Origin: Synechococcus sp.
Lineage (GTDB): Bacteria; Cyanobacteriota; Cyanobacteriia; PCC-6307; Cyanobiaceae
Reading direction: 5' to 3'
DNA length: 64,000 bases
Assembly (NCBI GenBank): GCA_047285535.1
Contig: JBJBDC010000001.1
Location: 736,136-800,135 of the forward strand
The translations under genes and the position numbers were made by a program. Each line of letters starts with the position of its first letter. The stretch's first letter is position 1. Below, in pieces: positions 30,001 to 39,520 of this stretch. The notes beneath the pieces are model-generated. The model worked only from the letters and a program-made list of their open reading frames with translations. It made no database searches and was not told the DNA's origin.

Positions 30001-30580
30001 ACTGGCGGTAGCGCTGCCTCAGTGATTGGTACCAAGCCCAGAACTGATCGGTGGCGTAGGGCTGGAACGTGCCGCCGCCCAGGTACAGCTCGAACTGATC
30101 GGGTCGATGCCCAAGCAGCGGGGTGAGCAGTTCGCAGTAGGCCGAGGCCTGCACCAGGAAGGTGGTTTTCGGTTTGCTGGCGAGCTTGCACTCGATCGGG
30201 ATGTAGCTCCACTCCCCAAGCAGCGAGGAGCGATCAATGCGCTTGAGCAGGTCGGCACTGCCGCGCATCTCGTCGTTGCAGAGCGAGGCCTGGTGGATGA
30301 ACTCCACGCCTTCCGCCATCGCTTCACGGGTGGCGGCGTAGTCGGCGTCGGTTTGTTTGCCGGGCAGCCGGGCCATGCTGTGGCCTGCCTTTTCCAGCTT
30401 GGTGAGCAGCACCTGCTCGTGCCGGAGGCCATCGGCAAAGAGCTGTTGATCCAGCTCACTCACCGCTGGCTTGCTGCCTTCAAACAGCTTCTGCGCCTGC
30501 AGCTCCTCCCACCAGGCGCCGATCACTGGGCTGATGCTGAACAGCGACAGCTGGCTGGGAGTGATCAGGCGGGTGGGCAT
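27092..30580 (-). CDS. TM0106-family RecB-like nuclease fused to RNase H-like and SF1 (DNA2/UPF1-like) helicase domains
   Basis: 'GSADLL...IECKLA' PD-(D/E)xK; 'WFDME', 'YHYAAYE', 'YSIKKVE', 'YN.EDC'; 'QGPPGTGKS', 'DEAGQ', 'VGDQQQL', 'TVDKFQGQE', 'RLNVAISRA'. Confidence 0.92.
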   Translation of the reverse strand: MPTRLITPSQLSLFSISPVIGAWWEELQAQKLFEGSKPAVSELDQQLFADGLRHEQVLLTKLEKAGHSMARLPGKQTDADYAATREAMAEGVEFIHQASLCNDEMRGSADLLKRIDRSSLLGEWSYIPIECKLASKPKTTFLVQASAYCELLTPLLGHRPDQFELYLGGGTFQPYATDQFWAWYQSLRQRYRQFREGFDPAVIPEDAPGDHGGWSTFIEQRLEEARDLMLVAGMRQSQRKKLRAAGISMIEELAAVPDGTAIPGLNGEALHELRQQAAMQLQPLDADGRPAYRLRPIETGKGLAALPAADAGDIWFDMEGIHDPVSGNKLEYLFGACYRNTPEGKPLFKAFWAHSEAEEKRAFEAWVDWVEERRVKFPGLRIYHYAAYEKTAMRHLAQQHATREAEIDSWLRSELLVDLLPIVTSSIVLGEPSYSIKKVEHLYMEARQAGVTNAGDSVVAYLHWQTSGEPAIPGDAPQASPKLQAIEDYNHEDCESTVFLHDWLLKLRREQGLPEQPLKLTTDEEQETREPYPLERLSQRLLDELPDPLTDPEANGPRGLSWRAQQLLAQLLPFHHREAKVGWWAYFDRSNKAQLSPDELIDDGEAIAAAEWTGMEERPSARTGADIHHFRFDPSQPLKLHGGDGDKRLQLELSETGLKLDVDALDAEQGQVSLKLPWSKRDQCIANGDGEGIPKGATSLIKVPADISKSIRASLEEQAEGWVDRNQKLPAAIQQLLERQPLPALKALNRELKGDPNRVSALLTDFLASNSGITLALQGPPGTGKSTVTGQVIAQLAKQGQRIAISSNSHAAINNLLKKAKSTCADAGVIGQVVKCSNSKEEAMAEAGIVVLKPGQLDASSAVVGGTTWMFCKEELADQFDWLVVDEAGQMSLANLLVMARCARSILLVGDQQQLAQPSQADHPGDSGQSCLEFWMQGEAVVPDDRGVFLPTSWRMEPSLTAMVSELFYESRLQAHQGNCANCITWSKPCQSSDGSLYPVQGLVFEAVEHSGRSVHAPEEIGRIEQLVDALLGSRYAIARGNGTEEGVLDANTILVTAPYNVQVNRLQQRLHGKARVGTVDKFQGQEAPVAIHSLTASSGDEAPRGLSFLLEPNRLNVAISRAQCLSIVVGSPGLASGVANTVAEAEQINRLCELLPKQKTK

Positions 30581-30836
30581 GGGATGGCTTGAACCTCCTT
30601 AAAATGACCTTGCACCGTGGGTTTGTGCATCCCCCACCTGAGTGAGTGAGACCCTTTAGTCCCCGGGAGCTTGCGGCGTGATCGCTTCACAGCGTTCAGT
30701 TTCAGTCGCCTGAGTGGCCTGCTTGACCTGTTGAAGCACGCAATCGATCACTGACAGCTCGAAATCACACCGCCTAAAGGGTTTTTTCTGTAATGTCACC
30801 CCATGCCAAAGGGCTTGAGGAGTAATAACTGGAGTC

Positions 30837-31715
30837 ATGGCTGCAGCAGATCAGACAGCCGCGGTTCATGAATCGAACTCGCTGATGCTGCCGGTGCGTT
30901 CCGGTCGCTGTCACGTTTGGGCTGGTCAACACCTGCCAGCCACCCATGCGGATGCACTGCCCCTGCTGGTGTGTCATGGAGGTCCAGGAGTCCCCAGCGA
31001 TTATCTGTTTCCCCTGGGCGAGCAACTGCAACGACCGGTGATCTTTTTCGACCAGTTGGGTTGTGGGCGCAGTGAGCGGCCCAGCCCCGATCTTGAGGAG
31101 TACTCAATCGCAGCTTCCGTTCAGGACCTTGTGGAGGTCATCGAAGCCTTGGTCGCCAACGCGCTGATACCGCTGCAGCAGAACCGCCCTGCTTATCACC
31201 TCTACGGCCAGTCCTTCGGCGGAATCCTGGCCTTTGAAGCCCTCACCTCAAACACTGGCCTGCCCAATCCCCGCTCGCTCTGCCTCTCCAATGTGCCGAG
31301 CTCAGTGCCCTTGCTGCTTGAAGAGGTGGAGGGATTGATGCAGGTTCTTGATGGAGACGCTGCCCGCTTTGATGCGACGCACATCTGCAGAGCCACGCCT
31401 CGTCCACCGGAATTGCTCGCTGCCTATGCAGAGGGTCATGCCGGCAGCCATTGGCGCGGCGTTGACGTCATTGCGGACTGGGCAGCGACGGAGCAAAGCC
31501 TGAGATCTCTCACCCTCCCGGTGTTACTGCTCGCTGGGGAACACGACTTCGTCACGCCCCGCTCGATAGAGGCATGGCAACAACTGGCCAACCAGCGTCT
31601 GATCATCATTCCCGGAGCAGCACACCACGCCCTGATGGAAGAGCCTGAAGTGTATGGAGCTTCCCTTGAGCGATTCCTGCGCGAGCATGACGATGCGAAG
31701 CACGCACCGTGCTGA
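30837..31715 (+). CDS. alpha/beta hydrolase, proline iminopeptidase-like
   Basis: 'HGGPG', 'FDQLGCGRS', nucleophile 'GQSFGG', 'GEHD', 'AAHH'. Confidence 0.85.
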   Translation: MAAADQTAAVHESNSLMLPVRSGRCHVWAGQHLPATHADALPLLVCHGGPGVPSDYLFPLGEQLQRPVIFFDQLGCGRSERPSPDLEEYSIAASVQDLVEVIEALVANALIPLQQNRPAYHLYGQSFGGILAFEALTSNTGLPNPRSLCLSNVPSSVPLLLEEVEGLMQVLDGDAARFDATHICRATPRPPELLAAYAEGHAGSHWRGVDVIADWAATEQSLRSLTLPVLLLAGEHDFVTPRSIEAWQQLANQRLIIIPGAAHHALMEEPEVYGASLERFLREHDDAKHAPC

Positions 31716-31730
31716 ACCAGCACACCATCC

Positions 31731-32024
31731 GTGCGTGGAGAACTTGACCAGCACGACATCCTGATCACCGCGCCCAACAACATGCAGGTGAACCGGCTCC
31801 AGAAGCGCATTGGCCACAAGGCCAGCATCGGCACGGTGGACCCATTCCAGGAGCGGGAGGCCCCTGTAGCGAACAGCCGTGCCCAGTGCCTCTCGATCGT
31901 GGTGCGCTCACCGCAGTTGGCCGCAGGGATCAGCAACAGCATTGAGAATGGGCAACGCCTCAGCCGTTTGTGCCGCTTGATGGATGCAGATTCAACCACC
32001 GATGGCCAGGAGGTTGGCGCGTGA
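31731..32024 (+). pseudogene. remnant of a TM0106-type helicase C-terminus
   Basis: 'ILITAPNNMQVNRLQ...GTVDPFQEREAPVA|NSRAQCLSIVV.SP.LAAG' matches the 27092-30580 C-terminus with an internal deletion; stop overlaps the next GTG start. Confidence 0.85.
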
Positions 32025-33202
32025 CCCGTTTCATCCACACCGCCGACTGGCAGATCGGCAAGCCCTACCGCCAGATCAGCGATGAGCAGAAGCGCTTCAA
32101 GCTGCAGCAGGAGCGCCTGAATGCCATCGGCCGCATACGCGATGCTGCCCGCATCCAAGCCGCTGCTTTCGTTGTGGTGGCCGGTGATCTCTTTGATTCG
32201 CCGACGCCTCCGGCGACGGCGGTGCTCGAGGTGCTGGAAGCCATCGGTGAGATGGAGATTCCCGTTCTGGTGATCCCGGGCAATCACGACCATGGGGCCC
32301 TGGGCACCGTGTGGCACCGCGAGGATTTCCAACGGCATCAGCGCCAGATGGCACCCAACTTTCAGTTGCTGCTAGAGCGCGAACCCGTGGAACTCGATCA
32401 GGTGGTGCTGCTGCCTTGCCCGCTGCTGCGCAATCAAGACAGCAGCGATCCAACGCTCTGGCTCCGTTCCCTTGATTGGGGGGGGCTGAATGCCAGCAAG
32501 CCTCGGGTCGTTCTGGCCCACGGCGGTGTGCATGGCTTTGGCGGCCGTGAGTACGGGGCAGATGACGAGGCACAGGCAGGGGCCAACAACCTGATCGATC
32601 TCGATGCCCTTCCGCAGCACGAGATCGACTACATCGCCGTGGGTGATTGGCACAACCTCAAACAGGTCTCTGAGTGCGCCTGGTATCCAGGCACTCCTGA
32701 GCCGGATCGCTTTGATCAGGGGGAAAACAACCAGCGCGGTCAGGTGCTCGCCGTGGACGTCAGCCGCGGCTCAGCTCCACAGGTCCAGACGATCCCCACG
32801 GGCCGCATCCGTTGGCACAACATCCGCTGTCGTTTCAACAGCGATGAGGATCTCGATCGTTTTGAACGGCAGGTGGAGGAGCTCACCGCTGGGCGGGTAT
32901 CGCGTGACTTGTTACGCGTTGAAGTGAGCGGCAGTCTCAGCCTCGCGGGCCATCGCCGTTACGACCAGATTGTTGGCGATCTGGAAAGCCGTCTGCTCCG
33001 GCTTCGCCTCAAGGGGGAGTGCCAACAAGCTCCGGAAGCATCGGAACTCGAGCAACTCACCGGCCGCATTGAAGACCCGTTGATCGCCCGGGTCGCCGAA
33101 CAGCTGCAGGGGCGGTTGCAACGAAACGATGACCCGGACTCCGCTCAAGCCGCCCTGGCTCGCACGGCCCTCTGCGAGCTGTTCCGCTTCACCACCCTCT
33201 GA
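32021..33202 (+). CDS. Mre11/SbcD-like (YhaO-like) DNA repair exonuclease
   Basis: 'FIHTADWQIG', 'AGDLFD', 'PGNHD', 'LAHGG', 'GDWH', 'YPGTPEP'; AGGAGG RBS before GTG 32021. Confidence 0.9.
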   Translation: MTRFIHTADWQIGKPYRQISDEQKRFKLQQERLNAIGRIRDAARIQAAAFVVVAGDLFDSPTPPATAVLEVLEAIGEMEIPVLVIPGNHDHGALGTVWHREDFQRHQRQMAPNFQLLLEREPVELDQVVLLPCPLLRNQDSSDPTLWLRSLDWGGLNASKPRVVLAHGGVHGFGGREYGADDEAQAGANNLIDLDALPQHEIDYIAVGDWHNLKQVSECAWYPGTPEPDRFDQGENNQRGQVLAVDVSRGSAPQVQTIPTGRIRWHNIRCRFNSDEDLDRFERQVEELTAGRVSRDLLRVEVSGSLSLAGHRRYDQIVGDLESRLLRLRLKGECQQAPEASELEQLTGRIEDPLIARVAEQLQGRLQRNDDPDSAQAALARTALCELFRFTTL

Positions 33203-33207
33203 TCAGC

Positions 33208-35925
33208 ATGCGTCTTCTCAACTGCCAGCTGCAGAACGTGAGGCTCCATGGCGACCTGAGCCTGGAGTTTTCGCCGCAGATCACCCTGATCGGTGGTGCC
33301 AATGAATCCGGCAAAAGCACGCTGGTGGAGGCATTGCACCGGGCCCTGTTTCTGAAGGCCAAAGCCACAGGTGCACCGGTTGCAGCCTTGCAGTCCAGGC
33401 TGCATATCGGCCAACCCACCATCAGTGTTGGCTTTGAAGCCAAAGGCGACACCTGGTCGTTGCGCAAACGCTTCAGCGGCAGTTCAGGGCAGGTGAGCCT
33501 CTCAGCCGACTCCGGTGCTCAGTCGCTGAATGGTGAGGTCGCCGAGGAAATGCTGGCTAAATTGCTGGGCGTGAAGGAAACGCTGGGCAGCCGTCAGGCC
33601 ACAACGGTGTTGCCCACCCGCTGGGCCCATCTCTGGGTGATGCAGGGGGCGGCAGGCGACAACCTTTTGGAAGCGGGCAAAGCCCACTACGACTTTGATG
33701 CGCTGCTGGAGCAACTGGAGCAGAGCGGTGGTGCGGTGGTGCAGCAATCAAGCCATGACCAACGGGTCGCTCAGCGGGTTGAAACGGCCTTGGATGAGAA
33801 CTTCACGACGCGGGGGATCAAGAAAAACTCGCCGCTGTGGCAGCGTCAGGAGGAGCTGGAGCAGGCTGAGTTGTCCCTGGAACGGGCTTTGGCAGGTCTG
33901 CGTGATTACAACGAGGCAGGAGCCGAACTCGCCGGTATTAGCGATCAACTTGAGACGTTGCAGAACCAGGAGCTCCCTGCCCTTGAACAGCGCCGCCAGT
34001 TAATCACCGAGGGAGCTGCAGCCTTGGCCAAGTTGGATGCGGCCATCGAGCTGGGCTCCAAAGGGCTGGAACCCCTGCGCCTGCGGCACGACGGCGCCAG
34101 CAAACAGTTGGCTGATGGCGATCAGTTGGCTGGCCAGCTCCAGGCAACCCATCAGCGTCTTGCGGACCTGCGGCAGAGCCAGGAGGGTGCTGAGGCCAGG
34201 GAGCAGGCGCTGGCGCACGCCGCTGAAACGAAACGGGAGGCGCGGCTGCGGCTCAATGCCCAGAAGCAACAGCTGGATCAACGCAATCAGCTCCTGCAAC
34301 TGCTGGTGGAACGTGCACGTCTGAGTGAAAGCCATGGTCGGCTGCACAAGGAGATCGAGCAGCTGCGCGCCAGCGCCGCGCAACGCAGCGCACTGGAACA
34401 GCAACTGGCGGCCGGCCCCGTGATCGGCCGCGCTGAACTCAGCCGGCTTCGGAAGTTGCAGCAGGCCTGGCGTGATGCGGCAACGCGGCAGCAGGCCATG
34501 GCGGCGGGTGTTCGTGTTCTGCGTGCGGATCAATTGATTCGTATCAACGGTGAAGCGCTTGCCAGTGGTGAGCAGCAGCAACTCAGCTCGGTGTTCGAGT
34601 TGCAGGTTGGTGAAGGCGTGGCCCTGGAGATCACCCCAGGCGGTGGGGAAGCCCTGGGCGACCTGGATGCGCAAACCACGGCTGCAGAAGCTGCTTTTCA
34701 GTCGGCCCTTGCCGGCCTGGGTGCCAGCTCCCTGGAGAACGCGGAGCAGATCGCCGAGCAACGCAGTGGGCTGGAGCAACAACTGCTTGCTCTTGGGAGA
34801 GCTCCCCAGCAGGATGTGGCGGTGCAGGAGCAAGCGCTGCAACGCATTCAGCAGCGCCTGGACGATCTCTCCAAGCAGTTATCCGCTTTCAGATCAGTTC
34901 AACAGGAGCTCGAGCAGGAGCAGCCCTTGCCATCGTCCTTGCCAGACCTTGAGGCCTCGCAGCAAGGCGTAGCGAGGACCCTCACACACACAGCAAAAGC
35001 CCTGGCCCAGGCGGAAAAGGATCTCGACGAAGCCAGCTCGGCACTGGAGAACTTCAAGGCCAGCACACTTAAAGGCGCCAGTCAGCTGCAGGTGGCGGAA
35101 GCCGAACGTCTGGATCGCCAGAGCCGGCTGGATGCGCTGATTCAGGCCTACGGCACCCGGGAAGCACTGCAAGCTCAGGTGGAGCAACTCGCGCAGCAGC
35201 GCCGACAGGCCGAGGGAGAGCTTGGCAAGCTGCAAGCGGAACGCGCTGCCTTGGGGAGTGGCGATCAGGAGCAGGAGCTGAAGGACCTCGATGGCCAGCT
35301 TGATGCTCTACAGCTCAGGATCGAAACCCTGCTGGATCGCCGTGGCGCTGCCAAACAACGCTGCGACAGCATCAGCAATGAGGACCCCTATGGAGCTGTT
35401 GAACAGGCCAGAGTCCAACAGGAAGCCGCCGAGCGCGACTACAGGAGCCTCAAGCGCGTCACCGATGCCCATCGCCTGCTTCAGCAGCTGTTCACGGAGG
35501 CCCAGGCCGTCCTGTCCAGCCGTTACAGCGAACCCCTGGCCCAATCCATCGGAACGTTCCTGAGGCCACTCATCCCCGATGGTCCCGTGGCTCAATTGGA
35601 GTACGACCAGTCCAGGGGTTTGGGGGGTCTGCAACTGCGACGTGGAAGCGAGTTCTATGACTTCCAGCAACTCAGTGGTGGGATGAAGGAACAGCTGGCC
35701 TCAGCGTTGCGGCTATCGATGGCCGATGTGCTCAAGGGCAACCACGACGGCTGCTTGCCCCTGGTGTTCGATGACGCTTTCACCAACTCGGACCCTGAGC
35801 GGGTGCAGATCGTGAAACAGATGCTGGGGACGGCTGTGGATCGGGGTCTGCAGGTGATTCTGCTCACCTGTGATCCAGGCCAGTACAGCGGCTTCACTGA
35901 CCAGATGATTGCACTGGACAGTTGA
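33208..35925 (+). CDS. Rad50/SbcC-like (YhaN-like) SMC-type ATPase
   Basis: Walker A 'GANESGKS', long coiled coil, signature 'LSGGMKEQ', Walker B 'LVFDDAF'. Confidence 0.9.
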   Translation: MRLLNCQLQNVRLHGDLSLEFSPQITLIGGANESGKSTLVEALHRALFLKAKATGAPVAALQSRLHIGQPTISVGFEAKGDTWSLRKRFSGSSGQVSLSADSGAQSLNGEVAEEMLAKLLGVKETLGSRQATTVLPTRWAHLWVMQGAAGDNLLEAGKAHYDFDALLEQLEQSGGAVVQQSSHDQRVAQRVETALDENFTTRGIKKNSPLWQRQEELEQAELSLERALAGLRDYNEAGAELAGISDQLETLQNQELPALEQRRQLITEGAAALAKLDAAIELGSKGLEPLRLRHDGASKQLADGDQLAGQLQATHQRLADLRQSQEGAEAREQALAHAAETKREARLRLNAQKQQLDQRNQLLQLLVERARLSESHGRLHKEIEQLRASAAQRSALEQQLAAGPVIGRAELSRLRKLQQAWRDAATRQQAMAAGVRVLRADQLIRINGEALASGEQQQLSSVFELQVGEGVALEITPGGGEALGDLDAQTTAAEAAFQSALAGLGASSLENAEQIAEQRSGLEQQLLALGRAPQQDVAVQEQALQRIQQRLDDLSKQLSAFRSVQQELEQEQPLPSSLPDLEASQQGVARTLTHTAKALAQAEKDLDEASSALENFKASTLKGASQLQVAEAERLDRQSRLDALIQAYGTREALQAQVEQLAQQRRQAEGELGKLQAERAALGSGDQEQELKDLDGQLDALQLRIETLLDRRGAAKQRCDSISNEDPYGAVEQARVQQEAAERDYRSLKRVTDAHRLLQQLFTEAQAVLSSRYSEPLAQSIGTFLRPLIPDGPVAQLEYDQSRGLGGLQLRRGSEFYDFQQLSGGMKEQLASALRLSMADVLKGNHDGCLPLVFDDAFTNSDPERVQIVKQMLGTAVDRGLQVILLTCDPGQYSGFTDQMIALDS

Positions 35926-36058
35926 GTTCATCGGACGCTGCCAAGAAACCGTTTTCTCTGGCACCTTTCAGCATCTCGATGGTTCAAGCAGAGCTGAGCA
36001 GCGCATTGTTCGAAGGAGGAACTCATGGAAAAGCTCGGTGGAGGCCGAGCGTGGTTTC

Positions 36059-36191
36059 GCAGCCGGCTTGCTGCCGTCTAACAGCTTTTGCGTCTGCAGC
36101 TCCTCCTACCGATCACCGATCACCGATCACCGATCACCGGGCTGATACTGAACAGCAACAGCTGGCTTAGCGTGGTCAGGCGAGAGGGCAT
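36059..36191 (-). pseudogene. 5' remnant of a TM0106 gene with an internal 7-bp repeat expansion
   Basis: Reverse strand reads 'MPSRLTTLSQLLLFSISPVIG..[repeat]..EELQTQKLLDGSKPA' versus intact 'MPTRLITPSQLSLFSISPVIGAWWEELQAQKLFEGSKPA'. Confidence 0.85.
36108..36139. repeat. heptamer tandem repeat (accgatc) x4.6
   Basis: Read directly from the sequence. Confidence 0.9.
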
Positions 36192-36406
36192 GAGCACATC
36201 AATTCCTGCTCACCTTGGCTGAACTCAGCCAATTTGCACTCCATAGCTGTTCGCTGTTCTCGGAAGTCCGATCCGATGTCGTGATGGTGTCTCAATGAAG
36301 GCGTAATCCGGTGAGTCGGGCTGCTCAAGATGGTTGAAACCAACCAGCTGCCAGCTTTTCGAGGGATTCATACGCTGTTCGTAGCCGGCGTTGTTCGAGA
36401 AAAGGC

Positions 36407-38002
36407 ATGGGTTGATTCGCATGGCGCAGTCTGATTGCCCTGGCCGTTCTGATCGGAGTATTAGCGCTTGCTCTGAAAACCGCTCGGAAGCGGCAGAAGG
36501 CCCACACGGAGCTCAGGCCATCACGGGCCCCAACGATTCCAGCAGCCAAGCCCCTGGCGCCGTCACCCACCAAGCTCGTTCCCCCCGAGCCCTTGGCACC
36601 ACCACCGGAAAAGAGCTCGTCGGTTGAGGTCTCCCGGGAACCTGCTGTCGAAGCCCACAGTTCGATCTCGCCGCAGGGAAAAATTTGCGCACTTGTTACT
36701 TACAAAACAGCCACTGGGTTTCGCTCTGAACGGGAGGTGGTGCTGTACAGCCGGGTAATGAAGCAAGGGTCCCTCCACGCCATCACCATTCGAGAGCCAG
36801 GAAATCAAATAACGAAAACCTTCGTTTCAGTGGTTTGGAGCGATTGCAGCTTCTTGATGCATCTCTGGAACGCATCCTGAGCTCCCCCACTGACATCAAG
36901 AGCTGGATTGAGATCAATCTTCCACTCAAGAGCCAGAGCCGTGTGTCAATAAAAGCCAAGCGCGCCGGCGTAGAGCAATCGGCTCAGTTGCGGAAGCGCA
37001 CCACCCCCTCCGCTGCGCCAAAACCAGCCACTGCAGCAGCTGTCAAACCGCTGCCAACGTTGTTGCCAGAGGGTGCCAAGGGCTTCGCTGTTTTTGATCT
37101 GGAAACCACTGGCCTGAACACATCAGCCTGCTCAATTGTTGAAATTGCACTGGTGTGTGTGGATCCCAGCGGCAGTATCACGGAGACCTGGGAAACATTG
37201 CTGAATCCAGGCTGCACGATTCCCAAAGCAGCCACTGGTGTGCACAACATTGCCAATCAGGATGTGGTTCAAGCCCCTGCCTTTGCCGATATTTCCGCTC
37301 TGTTAGCTGAAAAGATTGATCAGCATGTTCTGGTGGCCCATAACCTGAGCTACGACTTCCCCATTCTCGAACGCCACTTCAGGAATCATTCCGATCTGGA
37401 GTTGGATCTTGGTGATGGCATCTGCACCCTGCGTGGCTTTGGCGGCGATCCTGCGAATGCCTACAGCAAAAAACTGCAGCACCTTTGTTCATTCCACAGT
37501 GTTGAATTTGACCCTCAATTGGCGCACTCCGCCCTCGGTGATGTTCTTCACTTTGGCTCAGGCGCTGATCAAAGGGATGGCCCATCTGCAAGCCTCGACC
37601 GCAGCTGTAGCAACGAGGCGATTGCAGTCTCCTAAAGAGCCCATCAAGGTGTTCACCCGGGCCATGCTCGAGGCAAAGGAGAAATCATCCTGGAGACCAA
37701 CCAGCCTTTCTTTGGAGAGGAGAATGTGCTTCGTCAGCACCGGGCCGCGTTCAAGGCAATTGGACACACCGATTCATCGCGCATCTGCCCATGCGGAGAA
37801 CTTGGGCTTGAGGAAGTTGGAAAGGATCACCAAAAAAGCGCCCCCTGATTTTTTACTCGCAACCAGCCTCAAGCTTGAATCCACAAAAATGACGCAAGCC
37901 CGTGATCGTGGCATCCCCATTCTTTTGATTGAAAAGCTGAATCAGGTCAGGGCAGCAGAAGGTTGTCTTGAGGCCTGGCTTGCCGCTGATGACTGCGTTT
38001 GA
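36407..38002 (+). pseudogene. disrupted TM / WYL-like / DEDDh exonuclease / BRCT-like gene (paralog of 57697-59292)
   Basis: ATG 36407 then TGA at codon 3, TM 'LIALAVLIGVLALAL', frameshifts near 36830 and 37545; 'VFDLETTG', 'AHNLSYD', 'AHSALGD'; tail 'PPDFLLATSL..STKM.QARDRGIPIL'. Confidence 0.8.
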
Positions 38003-38019
38003 TGGGGTCTGCAATCCAG

Positions 38020-38538
38020 TCATGCGTTGGATTGCTCCTGCTGATCAGGGCTTGCTTGGAGTTTTGGATTGGTCTCAGCCAGCAGTGCCAACAACCATTC
38101 GATCCGTTGGAGACGTTGATCGAGTTTCATTTCAAGGCTGGTGAGCCGTTCTTCGAATTTCGTTTCACTGAGACCCTTGCTCCGGCTGCTGCTCGTGGTG
38201 GCTTTAACAGGCCAGGCACCGCTTTGACAGGTCTGAACAATCACCGCCCAGGTTGGTTTTTTAGGAGCGGGTCCGATCTGGTTTTCAATCCAAGCCTGTG
38301 CCTCCGCAACCTTGCCGAAGCGCTTTTTCAGCGCCGGCTGCTCGCATTCGTCGGCCGGTAAAAGACCTGCTGCTGCAAGGGCTTTACTGCCTGTTGCCCC
38401 CGGCTCCTCTGGAGGAATGAGGTCATCCACCATTTGCCGCACATGGCCGTTCTGTTCTCCGATGGTGCGATACAGATCAGCGTCACTCTTGGCCATTCGA
38501 GCCATGAGCTCAGCGAAGCGATTGCTGAGATCTCCCAT
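38020..38538 (-). CDS. hypothetical protein A (C-terminal coiled coil)
   Basis: 172-aa ORF adjacent to the upstream gene; diverged second copy at 56.7-57.0 kb. Confidence 0.75.
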   Translation of the reverse strand: MGDLSNRFAELMARMAKSDADLYRTIGEQNGHVRQMVDDLIPPEEPGATGSKALAAAGLLPADECEQPALKKRFGKVAEAQAWIENQIGPAPKKPTWAVIVQTCQSGAWPVKATTSSSRSKGLSETKFEERLTSLEMKLDQRLQRIEWLLALLAETNPKLQASPDQQEQSNA

Positions 38539-38539
38539 G

Positions 38540-39040
38540 CTATTTGGAACCGCGAAGCAGCAGTTTCATCTGCTCAATCAGTTTGTTGATCTGAAGAATC
38601 GACCAGAAACCAGGGTGCTCTTTGGCCTCTTCCAGATCATGGAGCAACTCGTCTAGAGCTTGTTGTTTGTACTCAAATCCCTCCAGTTCTTTGTGCATGT
38701 CTTGAGCGAGACGCATGGCCTCTGCCTTTTCCTCTCCAATCGCCACCAAACGCTCTTCGTAAGTTCTCAATGTGTTGATGAAGTTCAGGCGAGCTTCGCT
38801 GAACTCCCTTGATCGCCGTTTCAGCTGGCCTCGGGAGCGCATGAGCGAGGCGTGGCTATTGCGCATTGCTTTGTAATGGTGATCCGCTTGCTCCGCAGTG
38901 AGTCCGGACAAATCCTTTGGAAAATCACTGGTGGAGCGAATGCCTTTGCATTCGATCTGTGGCTGAATCGCATTGGTGCTCAATGTCGTAATGGAACGAT
39001 TGAGTTGATCAGAATTGGCTTGCTGCAGATCCCCTGCCAT
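38540..39040 (-). CDS. hypothetical coiled-coil protein B
   Basis: 166-aa heptad-rich ORF; partial second copy at about 57.0-57.13 kb. Confidence 0.75.
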   Translation of the reverse strand: MAGDLQQANSDQLNRSITTLSTNAIQPQIECKGIRSTSDFPKDLSGLTAEQADHHYKAMRNSHASLMRSRGQLKRRSREFSEARLNFINTLRTYEERLVAIGEEKAEAMRLAQDMHKELEGFEYKQQALDELLHDLEEAKEHPGFWSILQINKLIEQMKLLLRGSK

Positions 39041-39353
39041 TGCGCAATTTGTTGAACTTCAAGTCTTTTTTCTATAGAAGCCACCCCTGAATTTGCAATG
39101 CTTCTCAGCATGAACTCAGGGAACTTTGAGGAAACAGTTTTGGCAGCGGTTGTCCTCGACAGCGCAAATACCCAGACCCTGATTCAATCCGTTGGAACCT
39201 ATTGCCATAGCAAGCTACGCCGCTCACGATCCGGGCACGATCACCTCCCATTCGAGGATCGTGGCGCGATTGGTTTTTCAAGGCCCATCAATATTGAAAT
39301 CACGCCCAAAACTGATCGGTCGCATAGGGCCGTAACGTGCCACCGACTGCACA

Positions 39354-39520
39354 TAGCGACAGCTGGCTACAGGTGATCAGGCGAGAGGGCATGGGAGGGC
39401 TCAACCCTCCTTACGATGCCTCTGCCCCCCGGTTTTGCGCAGCCCCCACCTGAGGGAGTGAGTCCCTCTGGGACGTTGCTGTTTGCGGCGTGATGGCGTC
39501 ACAGCGATAGGTTTCAATCA
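39354..39520 (-). repeat. diverged copy of the TM0106 upstream region and first codons (homologous to 30542-30710)
   Basis: Shared blocks such as 'cccccacctgag.gagtgag.ccct', 'tgcggcgtgat..c.tcacagcg' and 'gtgatcaggcg.g.gggcatggga'. Confidence 0.8.

Noticed and set aside
36108..36139. Short tandem repeats (also 9181-9216, 9397-9452, 6520-6550) as a CRISPR array
   Set aside because: Units are 4-13 bp with no unique spacers and no cas genes; the 7-mer is a slippage expansion inside a TM0106 remnant
36830..37550. Programmed ribosomal frameshifting restoring the exonuclease
   Set aside because: Would need two shifts plus read-through of a stop at codon 3, and no slippery heptamer was seen; decay or sequencing error is simpler
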